Assembly: GCA_043228905.1 (NCBI GenBank)
Contig: JBHGNT010000584.1
Span: 1-19,954 of the forward strand
DNA length: 19,954 nt
Direction of reading: 5' to 3'
Source of the DNA: Azolla caroliniana
Lineage: Eukaryota > Plantae > Polypodiophyta
The translations under genes and the position numbers were made by a program. The notes below the pieces were generated by a model. It saw only the letters and a program-made list of their open reading frames with translations, was not told the origin of the DNA and did no database searches. Positions 9,466 through 19,954 of this stretch are shown here, in pieces (the first letter of the stretch is position 1; each line of letters begins with the position of its first letter).

Positions 9466-9984
9466 TCTGGAAAAAACCATTGAAAAGTTGAAAAAAGCAA
9501 CGCTATCTCCCGAACTAAAGGAGCTAGCGTCTTGATTTTTGCGCCAATCGAAAGGCCGTGAAATGTAGATAAATTTTCAAAAAAAGAAAGTTGTTTTAGC
9601 TCAATTGAAAGTGCCTAAAATTCAAGTTAAAGTTAGCGTCTGGAAAAAACCATTGAAAAGTTGAAAAAAGCAACGCTATCTCCCGAACTAAAGGAGCTAG
9701 CGTCTTGATTTTTGCGCCAATCGAAAGGCCGTGAAATGTAGATAAATTTTCAAAAAAAGAAAGTTGTTTTAGCTCAATTGGAAGTGCCTAAAATTCAAGT
9801 TAAAGTTAGCGTCTGGAAAAAACCATTGAAAAGTTGAAAAAAGCAACGCTATCTCCCGAACTAAAGGAGCTAGCGTCTTGATTTTTGCGCCAATCGAAAG
9901 GCCGTGAAATGTAGATAAATTTTCAAAAAAAGAAAGTTGTTTTAGCTCAATTGGAAGTGCCTTAAATTCAAGTTAAAGTTAGCG
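9466..9984. repeat. Run of 3 x 173-bp monomers (shortest run, chimeric end monomers)
   Basis: 519 bp = 3 x 173. Confidence 0.96.
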
Positions 9985-10643
9985 AAATCAAGAAAAAAAT
10001 CGAATTTTTTAGAATAATTTCAAATTACTATGAAACACTCGCGGGGGTGCGGTTAGGCCCCATTTCAAATTTTAGACCTTTACGTTTAATATTAAGGGAG
10101 ATATGAAATTTTAAAAATTGCAAAAAATCACTTTTTTCTCAAACTTCGATTTTTGCTGTTTTTGACAGCCTGTCACGCCCGAACGCTTGGGCCTACAGGT
10201 CCAATTTTTTTTTCAAAAAATTCCTCTCAAAAAGATCTACAAAACTAAAAAAAATTCAAGTCTCTAGCTCAATTAGAAAGGGGTGAAAAAAATTTTCAAA
10301 GTTGGCGATTTTTGCCTACCATGACCCCCACCCTTTGAATATGAAAATGACAAAAAAATCGATGTCTTCAGAATGGCTTCATATAAGGGTTGAAAATAGT
10401 TTGGGGTGACTCTAGTTGCGGGTTAAAATTTCAAAGCCATACCTCTATCGATAAGAGAGATATGAGCGTTTAAAAATTATTTTTGAAAAAAAGTGAATTT
10501 GTGACAGCTATCTCGCGAACGGAAAAAGCTAGCGCTTTGATTTTTGCGCCATTCGATTCGCCGTAAAAAATGTATTGAAAATCACTACAAACAAGTTATT
10601 TTAGCTCAATTGAAAGTGCCTAAAATTCAAGTTAAAGTTAGCG
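9985..10643. repeat. 659-bp module
   Basis: Matches the other module copies. Confidence 0.95.
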
Positions 10644-11508
10644 TCTGGAAAAAACCATTGAAAAGTTGAAAAAAGCAACGCTATCTCCCGAACTAAAGGA
10701 GCTAGCGTCTTGATTTTTGCGCCAATCGAAAGGCCGTGAAATGTAGATAAATTTTCAAAAAAAGAAAGTTGTTTTAGCTCAATTGGAAGTGCCTAAAATT
10801 CAAGTTAAAGTTAGCGTCTGGAAAAAACCATTGAAAAGTTGAAAAAAGCAACGCTATCTCCCGAACTAAAGGAGCTAGCGTCTTGATTTTTGCGCCAATC
10901 GAAAGGCCGTGAAATGTAGATAAATTTTCAAAAAAAGAAAGTTGTTTTAGCTCAATTGGAAGTGCCTAAAATTCAAGTTAAAGTTAGCGTCTGGAAAAAA
11001 CCATTGAAAAGTTGAAAAAAGCAACGCTATCTCCCGAACTAAAGGAGCTAGCGTCTTGATTTTTGCGCCAATCGAAAGGCCGTGAAATGTAGATAAATTT
11101 TCAAAAAAAGAAAGTTGTTTTAGCTCAATTGGAAGTGCCTAAAATTCAAGTTAAAGTTAGCGTCTGGAAAAAACCATTGAAAAGTTGAAAAAAGCAACGC
11201 TATCTCCCGAACTAAAGGAGCTAGCGTCTTGATTTTTGCGCCAATCGAAAGGCCGTGAAATGTAGATAAATTTTCAAAAAAAGAAAGTTGTTTTAGCTCA
11301 ATTGGAAGTGCCTAAAATTCAAGTTAAAGTTAGCGTCTGGAAAAAACCATTGAAAAGTTGAAAAAAGCAACGCTATCTCCCGAACTTAAGGAGCTAGCGT
11401 CTTGATTTTTGCGCCAATCGAAAGGCCGTGAAATGTAGATGAATTTTCAAAAAAAGAAAGTTGTTTTAGCTCAATTGGAAGTGCCTTAAATTCAAGTTAA
11501 AGTTAGCG
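10644..11508. repeat. Run of 5 x 173-bp monomers
   Basis: 865 bp = 5 x 173. Confidence 0.96.
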
Positions 11509-12167
11509 AAATCAAGAAAAAAATCGAATTTTTTAGAATAATTTCAAATTACTATGAAACACTCGCGGGGGTGCGGTTAGGCCCCATTTCAAATTTTAGA
11601 CCTTTACGTTTAATATTAAGGGAGATATGAAATTTTAAAAATTGCAAAAAATCACTTTTTTCTCAAACTTCGATTTTTGCTGTTTTTGACAGCCTGTCAC
11701 GCCCGAACGCTTGGGCCTACAGGTCCAATTTTTTTTTCAAAAAATTCCTCTCAAAAAGATCTACAAAACTAAAAAAAATTCAAGTCTCTAGCTCAATTAG
11801 AAAGGGGTGAAAAAAATTTTCAAAGTTGGCGATTTTTGCCTACCATGACCCCCACCCTTTGAATATGAAAATGACAAAAAAATCGATGTCTTCAGAATGG
11901 CTTCATATAAGGGTTGAAAATAGTTTGGGGTGACTCTAGTTGCGGGTTAAAATTTCAAAGCCATACCTCTATCGATAAGAGAGATATGAGCGTTTAAAAA
12001 TTATTTTTGAAAAAAAGTGAATTTGTGACAGCTATCTCGCGAACGGAAAAAGCTAGCGCTTTGATTTTTGCGCCATTCGATTCGCCGTAAAAAATGTATT
12101 GAAAATCACTACAAACAAGTTATTTTAGCTCAATTGAAAGTGCCTAAAATTCAAGTTAAAGTTAGCG
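11509..12167. repeat. 659-bp module
   Basis: Matches the other module copies. Confidence 0.95.
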
Positions 12168-13007
12168 TCTGGAAAAAACCATTGAAAAGTTGAAAAAAGC
12201 AACGCTATCTCCCGAACTAAAGGAGCTAGCGTCTTGATTTTTGCGCCAATCGAAAGGCCGTGAAATGTAGATAAATTTTCAAAAAAAGAAAGTTGTTTTA
12301 GCTCAATTGGAAGTGCCTAAAATTCAAGTTAAAGTTAGCGTCTGGAAAAAACCATTGAAAAGTTGAAAAAAGCAACGCTATCTCCCGAACTAAAGGAGCT
12401 AGCGTCTTGATTTTTGCGCCAATCGAAAGGCCGTGAAATGTAGATAAATTTTCAAAAAAAGAAAGTTGTTTTAGCTCAATTGGAAGTGCCTAAAATTCAA
12501 GTTAAAGTTAGCGTCTGGAAAAAACCATTGAAAAGTTGAAAAAAGCAACGCTATCTCCCGAACTAAAGGAGCTAGCGTCTTGATTTTTGCGCCAATCGAA
12601 AGGCCGTGAAATGTAGATAAATTTTCAAAAAAAGAAAGTTGTTTTAGCTCAATTGGAAGTGCCTAAAATTCAAGTTAAAGTTAGCGTCTGGAAAAAACCA
12701 TTGAAAAGTTGAAAAAAGCAACGCTATCTCCCGAACTAAAGGAGCTAGCGTCTTGATTTTTGCGCCAATCGAAAGGCCGTGAAATGTAGATAAATTTTCA
12801 AAAAAAGAAAGTTGTTTTAGCTCAATTGGAAGTGCCTAAAATTCAAGTTAAAGTTAGCGTAAAAAGCAACGCTATCTCCCGAACTTAAGGAGCTAGCGTC
12901 TTGATTTTTGCGCCAATCGAAAGGCCGTGAAATGTAGATGAATTTTCAAAAAAAGAAAGTTGTTTTAGCTCAATTGGAAGTGCCTTAAATTCAAGTTAAA
13001 GTTAGCG
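12168..13007. repeat. Run of 5 monomers, the last with a 25-bp deletion
   Basis: 840 bp = 5 x 173 - 25; junction gttagcgt|aaaaagcaac at 12860/12861. Confidence 0.95.
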
Positions 13008-13666
13008 AAATCAAGAAAAAAATCGAATTTTTTAGAATAATTTCAAATTACTATGAAACACTCGCGGGGGTGCGGTTAGGCCCCATTTCAAATTTTAGAC
13101 CTTTACGTTTAATATTAAGGGAGATATGAAATTTTAAAAATTGCAAAAAATCACTTTTTTCTCAAACTTCGATTTTTGCTGTTTTTGACAGCCTGTCACG
13201 CCCGAACGCTTGGGCCTACAGGTCCAATTTTTTTTTCAAAAAATTCCTCTCAAAAAGATCTACAAAACTAAAAAAAATTCAAGTCTCTAGCTCAATTAGA
13301 AAGGGGTGAAAAAAATTTTCAAAGTTGGCGATTTTTGCCTACCATGACCCCCACCCTTTGAATATGAAAATGACAAAAAAATCGATGTCTTCAGAATGGC
13401 TTCATATAAGGGTTGAAAATAGTTTGGGGTGACTCTAGTTGCGGGTTAAAATTTCAAAGCCATACCTCTATCGATAAGAGAGATATGAGCGTTTAAAAAT
13501 TATTTTTGAAAAAAAGTGAATTTGTGACAGCTATCTCGCGAACGGAAAAAGCTAGCGCTTTGATTTTTGCGCCATTCGATTCGCCGTAAAAAATGTATTG
13601 AAAATCACTACAAACAAGTTATTTTAGCTCAATTGAAAGTGCCTAAAATTCAAGTTAAAGTTAGCG
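13008..13666. repeat. 659-bp module
   Basis: Matches the other module copies. Confidence 0.95.
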
Positions 13667-14704
13667 TCTGGAAAAAACCATTGAAAAGTTGAAAAAAGCA
13701 ACGCTATCTCCCGAACTAAAGGAGCTAGCGTCTTGATTTTTGCGCCAATCGAAAGGCCGTGAAATGTAGATAAATTTTCAAAAAAAGAAAGTTGTTTTAG
13801 CTCAATTGGAAGTGCCTAAAATTCAAGTTAAAGTTAGCGTCTGGAAAAAACCATTGAAAAGTTTAAAAAAGCAACGCTATCTCCCGAACTAAAGGAGCTA
13901 GCGTCTTGATTTTTGCGCCAATCGAAAGGCCGTGAAATGTAGATAAATTTTCAAAAAAAGAAAGTTGTTTTAGCTCAATTGGAAGTGCCTAAAATTCAAG
14001 TTAAAGTTAGCGTCTGGAAAAAACCATTGAAAAGTTGAAAAAAGCAACGCTATCTCCCGAACTAAAGGAGCTAGCGTCTTGATTTTTGCGCCAATCGAAA
14101 GGCCGTGAAATGTAGATAAATTTTCAAAAAAAGAAAGTTGTTTTAGCTCAATTGGAAGTGCCTAAAATTCAAGTTAAAGTTAGCGTCTGGAAAAAACCAT
14201 TGAAAAGTTGAAAAAAGCAACGCTATCTCCCGAACTAAAGAAGCTAGCGTCTTGATTTTTACGCCAATCGAAAGGCCGTGAAATGTAGATAAATTTTCAA
14301 AAAAAGAAAGTTGTTTTAGCTCAATTGGAAGTGCCTAAAATTCAAGTTAAAGTTAGCGTCTGGAAAAAACCATTGAAAAGTTGAAAAAAGCAACGCTATC
14401 TCCCGAACTAAAGGAGCTAGCGTCTTGATTTTTGCGCCAATCGAAAGGCCGTGAAATGTAGATAAATTTTCAAAAAAAGAAAGTTGTTTTAGCTCAATTG
14501 GAAGTGCCTAAAATTCAAGTTAAAGTTAGCGTCTGGAAAAAACCATTGAAAAGTTGAAAAAAGCAACGCTATCTCCCGAACTTAAGGAGCTAGCGTCTTG
14601 ATTTTTGCGCCAATCGAAAGGCCGTGAAATGTAGATGAATTTTCAAAAAAAGAAAGTTGTTTTAGCTCAATTGGAAGTGCCTTAAATTCAAGTTAAAGTT
14701 AGCG
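13667..14704. repeat. Run of 6 x 173-bp monomers
   Basis: 1038 bp; variant monomers at positions 2 and 4. Confidence 0.96.
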
Positions 14705-15363
14705 AAATCAAGAAAAAAATCGAATTTTTTAGAATAATTTCAAATTACTATGAAACACTCGCGGGGGTGCGGTTAGGCCCCATTTCAAATTTTAGACCTT
14801 TACGTTTAATATTAAGGGAGATATGAAATTTTAAAAATTGCAAAAAATCACTTTTTTCTCAAACTTCGATTTTTGCTGTTTTTGACAGCCTGTCACGCCC
14901 GAACGCTTGGGCCTACAGGTCCAATTTTTTTTTCAAAAAATTCCTCTCAAAAAGATCTACAAAACTAAAAAAAATTCAAGTCTCTAGCTCAATTAGAAAG
15001 GGGTGAAAAAAATTTTCAAAGTTGGCGATTTTTGCCTACCATGACCCCCACCCTTTGAATATGAAAATGACAAAAAAATCGATGTCTTCAGAATGGCTTC
15101 ATATAAGGGTTGAAAATAGTTTGGGGTGACTCTAGTTGCGGGTTAAAATTTCAAAGCCATACCTCTATCGATAAGAGAGATATGAGCGTTTAAAAATTAT
15201 TTTTGAAAAAAAGTGAATTTGTGACAGCTATCTCGCGAACGGAAAAAGCTAGCGCTTTGATTTTTGCGCCATTCGATTCGCCGTAAAAAATGTATTGAAA
15301 ATCACTACAAACAAGTTATTTTAGCTCAATTGAAAGTGCCTAAAATTCAAGTTAAAGTTAGCG
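14705..15363. repeat. 659-bp module
   Basis: Matches the other module copies. Confidence 0.95.
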
Positions 15364-16401
15364 TCTGGAAAAAACCATTGAAAAGTTGAAAAAAGCAACG
15401 CTATCTCCCGAACTAAAGGAGCTAGCGTCTTGATTTTTGCGCCAATCGAAAGGCCGTGAAATGTAGATAAATTTTCAAAAAAAGAAAGTTGTTTTAGCTC
15501 AATTGGAAGTGCCTAAAATTCAAGTTAAAGTTAGCGTCTGGAAAAAACCATTGAAAAGTTTAAAAAAGCAACGCTATCTCCCGAACTAAAGGAGCTAGCG
15601 TCTTGATTTTTGCGCCAATCGAAAGGCCGTGAAATGTAGATAAATTTTCAAAAAAAGAAAGTTGTTTTAGCTCAATTGGAAGTGCCTAAAATTCAAGTTA
15701 AAGTTAGCGTCTGGAAAAAACCATTGAAAAGTTGAAAAAAGCAACGCTATCTCCCGAACTAAAGGAGCTAGCGTCTTGATTTTTGCGCCAATCGAAAGGC
15801 CGTGAAATGTAGATAAATTTTCAAAAAAAGAAAGTTGTTTTAGCTCAATTGGAAGTGCCTAAAATTCAAGTTAAAGTTAGCGTCTGGAAAAAACCATTGA
15901 AAAGTTGAAAAAAGCAACGCTATCTCCCGAACTAAAGAAGCTAGCGTCTTGATTTTTACGCCAATCGAAAGGCCGTGAAATGTAGATAAATTTTCAAAAA
16001 AAGAAAGTTGTTTTAGCTCAATTGGAAGTGCCTAAAATTCAAGTTAAAGTTAGCGTCTGGAAAAAACCATTGAAAAGTTGAAAAAAGCAACGCTATCTCC
16101 CGAACTAAAGGAGCTAGCGTCTTGATTTTTGCGCCAATCGAAAGGCCGTGAAATGTAGATAAATTTTCAAAAAAAGAAAGTTGTTTTAGCTCAATTGGAA
16201 GTGCCTAAAATTCAAGTTAAAGTTAGCGTCTGGAAAAAACCATTGAAAAGTTGAAAAAAGCAACGCTATCTCCCGAACTTAAGGAGCTAGCGTCTTGATT
16301 TTTGCGCCAATCGAAAGGCCGTGAAATGTAGATGAATTTTCAAAAAAAGAAAGTTGTTTTAGCTCAATTGGAAGTGCCTTAAATTCAAGTTAAAGTTAGC
16401 G
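15364..16401. repeat. Run of 6 x 173-bp monomers
   Basis: 1038 bp; same SNP order as 13667-14704. Confidence 0.96.
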
Positions 16402-17060
16402 AAATCAAGAAAAAAATCGAATTTTTTAGAATAATTTCAAATTACTATGAAACACTCGCGGGGGTGCGGTTAGGCCCCATTTCAAATTTTAGACCTTTAC
16501 GTTTAATATTAAGGGAGATATGAAATTTTAAAAATTGCAAAAAATCACTTTTTTCTCAAACTTCGATTTTTGCTGTTTTTGACAGCCTGTCACGCCCGAA
16601 CGCTTGGGCCTACAGGTCCAATTTTTTTTTCAAAAAATTCCTCTCAAAAAGATCTACAAAACTAAAAAAAATTCAAGTCTCTAGCTCAATTAGAAAGGGG
16701 TGAAAAAAATTTTCAAAGTTGGCGATTTTTGCCTACCATGACCCCCACCCTTTGAATATGAAAATGACAAAAAAATCGATGTCTTCAGAATGGCTTCATA
16801 TAAGGGTTGAAAATAGTTTGGGGTGACTCTAGTTGCGGGTTAAAATTTCAAAGCCATACCTCTATCGATAAGAGAGATATGAGCGTTTAAAAATTATTTT
16901 TGAAAAAAAGTGAATTTGTGACAGCTATCTCGCGAACGGAAAAAGCTAGCGCTTTGATTTTTGCGCCATTCGATTCGCCGTAAAAAATGTATTGAAAATC
17001 ACTACAAACAAGTTATTTTAGCTCAATTGAAAGTGCCTAAAATTCAAGTTAAAGTTAGCG
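16402..17060. repeat. 659-bp module
   Basis: Matches the other module copies. Confidence 0.95.
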
Positions 17061-17925
17061 TCTGGAAAAAACCATTGAAAAGTTGAAAAAAGCAACGCTA
17101 TCTCCCGAACTAAAGGAGCTAGCGTCTTGATTTTTGCGCCAATCGAAAGGCCGTGAAATGTAGATAAATTTTCAAAAAAAGAAAGTTGTTTTAGCTCAAT
17201 TGGAAGTGCCTAAAATTCAAGTTAAAGTTAGCGTCTGGAAAAAACCATTGAAAAGTTGAAAAAAGCAACGCTATCTCCCGAACTAAAGGAGCTAGCGTCT
17301 TGATTTTTGCGCCAATCGAAAGGCCGTGAAATGTAGATAAATTTTCAAAAAAAGAAAGTTGTTTTAGCTCAATTGGAAGTGCCTAAAATTCAAGTTAAAG
17401 TTAGCGTCTGGAAAAAACCATTGAAAAGTTGAAAAAAGCAACGCTATCTCCCGAACTAAAGAAGCTAGCGTCTTGATTTTTACGCCAATCGAAAGGCCGT
17501 GAAATGTAGATAAATTTTCAAAAAAAGAAAGTTGTTTTAGCTCAATTGGAAGTGCCTAAAATTCAAGTTAAAGTTAGCGTCTGGAAAAAACCATTGAAAA
17601 GTTGAAAAAAGCAACGCTATCTCCCGAACTAAAGGAGCTAGCGTCTTGATTTTTGCGCCAATCGAAAGGCCGTGAAATGTAGATAAATTTTCAAAAAAAG
17701 AAAGTTGTTTTAGCTCAATTGGAAGTGCCTAAAATTCAAGTTAAAGTTAGCGTCTGGAAAAAACCATTGAAAAGTTGAAAAAAGCAACGCTATCTCCCGA
17801 ACTTAAGGAGCTAGCGTCTTGATTTTTGCGCCAATCGAAAGGCCGTGAAATGTAGATGAATTTTCAAAAAAAGAAAGTTGTTTTAGCTCAATTGGAAGTG
17901 CCTTAAATTCAAGTTAAAGTTAGCG
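17061..17925. repeat. Run of 5 x 173-bp monomers
   Basis: 865 bp = 5 x 173. Confidence 0.96.
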
Positions 17926-18584
17926 AAATCAAGAAAAAAATCGAATTTTTTAGAATAATTTCAAATTACTATGAAACACTCGCGGGGGTGCGGTTAGGCC
18001 CCATTTCAAATTTTAGACCTTTACGTTTAATATTAAGGGAGATATGAAATTTTAAAAATTGCAAAAAATCACTTTTTTCTCAAACTTCGATTTTTGCTGT
18101 TTTTGACAGCCTGTCACGCCCGAACGCTTGGGCCTACAGGTCCAATTTTTTTTTCAAAAAATTCCTCTCAAAAAGATCTACAAAACTAAAAAAAATTCAA
18201 GTCTCTAGCTCAATTAGAAAGGGGTGAAAAAAATTTTCAAAGTTGGCGATTTTTGCCTACCATGACCCCCACCCTTTGAATATGAAAATGACAAAAAAAT
18301 CGATGTCTTCAGAATGGCTTCATATAAGGGTTGAAAATAGTTTGGGGTGACTCTAGTTGCGGGTTAAAATTTCAAAGCCATACCTCTATCGATAAGAGAG
18401 ATATGAGCGTTTAAAAATTATTTTTGAAAAAAAGTGAATTTGTGACAGCTATCTCGCGAACGGAAAAAGCTAGCGCTTTGATTTTTGCGCCATTCGATTC
18501 GCCGTAAAAAATGTATTGAAAATCACTACAAACAAGTTATTTTAGCTCAATTGAAAGTGCCTAAAATTCAAGTTAAAGTTAGCG
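17926..18584. repeat. 659-bp module
   Basis: Matches the other module copies. Confidence 0.95.
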
Positions 18585-19622
18585 TCTGGAAAAAACCATT
18601 GAAAAGTTGAAAAAAGCAACGCTATCTCCCGAACTAAAGAAGCTAGCGTCTTGATTTTTACGCCAATCGAAAGGCCGTGAAATGTAGATAAATTTTCAAA
18701 AAAAGAAAGTTGTTTTAGCTCAATTGGAAGTGCCTAAAATTCAAGTTAAAGTTAGCGTCTGGAAAAAACCATTGAAAAGTTGAAAAAAGCAACGCTATCT
18801 CCCGAACTAAAGGAGCTAGCGTCTTGATTTTTGCGCCAATCGAAAGGCCGTGAAATGTAGATAAATTTTCAAAAAAAGAAAGTTGTTTTAGCTCAATTGG
18901 AAGTGCCTAAAATTCAAGTTAAAGTTAGCGTCTGGAAAAAACCATTGAAAAGTTGAAAAAAGCAACGCTATCTCCCGAACTAAAGGAGCTAGCGTCTTGA
19001 TTTTTGCGCCAATCGAAAGGCCGTGAAATGTAGATAAATTTTCAAAAAAAGAAAGTTGTTTTAGCTCAATTGGAAGTGCCTAAAATTCAAGTTAAAGTTA
19101 GCGTCTGGAAAAAACCATTGAAAAGTTTAAAAAAGCAACGCTATCTCCCGAACTAAAGGAGCTAGCGTCTTGATTTTTGCGCCAATCGAAAGGCCGTGAA
19201 ATGTAGATAAATTTTCAAAAAAAGAAAGTTGTTTTAGCTCAATTGGAAGTGCCTAAAATTCAAGTTAAAGTTAGCGTCTGGAAAAAACCATTGAAAAGTT
19301 GAAAAAAGCAACGCTATCTCCCGAACTAAAGGAGCTAGCGTCTTGATTTTTGCGCCAATCGAAAGGCCGTGAAATGTAGATAAATTTTCAAAAAAAGAAA
19401 GTTGTTTTAGCTCAATTGGAAGTGCCTAAAATTCAAGTTAAAGTTAGCGTCTGGAAAAAACCATTGAAAAGTTGAAAAAAGCAACGCTATCTCCCGAACT
19501 TAAGGAGCTAGCGTCTTGATTTTTGCGCCAATCGAAAGGCCGTGAAATTTAGATGAATTTTCAAAAAAAGAAAGTTGTTTTAGCTCAATTGGAAGTGCCT
19601 TAAATTCAAGTTAAAGTTAGCG
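18585..19622. repeat. Run of 6 x 173-bp monomers
   Basis: 1038 bp; variant monomers at positions 1 and 4. Confidence 0.96.
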
Positions 19623-19954
19623 AAATCAAGAAAAAAATCGAATTTTTTAGAATAATTTCAAATTACTATGAAACACTCGCGGGGGTGCGGTTAGGCCCCA
19701 TTTCAAATTTTAGACCTTTACGTTTAATATTAAGGGAGATATGAAATTTTAAAAATTGCAAAAAATCACTTTTTTCTCAAACTTCGATTTTTGCTGTTTT
19801 TGACAGCCTGTCACGCCCGAACGCTTGGGCCTACAGGTCCAATTTTTTTTTCAAAAAATTCCTCTCAAAAAGATCTACAAAACTAAAAAAAATTCAAGTC
19901 TCTAGCTCAATTAGAAAGGGGTGAAAAAAATTTTCAAAGTTGGCGATTTTTGCC
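19623..19954. repeat. Partial 659-bp module (B1, C and start of B2), cut by the window end
   Basis: Matches about 3888-4218. Confidence 0.95.

Larger units (their letters stand above)
1..19954. repeat. Complex satellite DNA array with higher-order unit [659-bp module + n x 173-bp monomer], head-to-tail, open at both window ends
   Basis: The junction gttagcg|aaatcaag recurs with module starts at 3888, 5412, 7110, 8807, 9985, 11509, 13008, 14705, 16402, 17926 and 19623. Spacings are 1524, 1698, 1697, 1178, 1524, 1499, 1697, 1697, 1524 and 1697, which equal 659 + n x 173 (+/-1; one unit is 25 bp short). Confidence 0.98.

Noticed and set aside
1-19954. CRISPR array or repeat-spacer system
   Set aside because: The repeats are 173 bp and directly abut. 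The intervening 659-bp modules are identical rather than unique spacers, and no cas genes are present.
1-19954. Pure in vitro concatemer of a single circular template
   Set aside because: Run lengths differ between units and SNP haplotypes are nested and shared between neighbours, which one template would not give. Local assembly errors remain possible.
1-19954. Assignment to a named satellite family or species (for example roughly 172-bp beetle or Drosophila satellites)
   Set aside because: Only monomer size and general style are similar. I cannot confirm sequence identity without a database search.

Overview
The whole window is a non-coding, AT-rich eukaryote-type satellite DNA array. I found no supportable CDS, RNA gene or CRISPR array. 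It has two nested levels. A 173-bp monomer (about 36% GC by hand count, near-identical copies) occurs in runs of 21, 5, 6, 6, 3, 5, 5, 6, 6, 5 and 6 copies. The runs are separated by a near-invariant 659-bp module (10 full copies plus partial copies at both window edges), giving higher-order units of about 659 + n x 173 bp (1178, 1524, 1697 bp). The module is not foreign DNA. It reads as B1-C-B2-D, where C and D are diverged forward relatives of the monomer, and B1 and B2 are homologous to each other and carry an inverted copy of the monomer's core motif. Each run is polarised, with a fixed entry monomer (D) and a SNP-marked exit monomer (T). Diagnostic SNPs record recent duplication, deletion and an apparent cyclic rotation of monomers. 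The core motif resembles, from memory, the DINE-1/Helentron core, which suggests a transposon-derived satellite. That link and the host taxon are unverified inferences. All counts and identities are manual.
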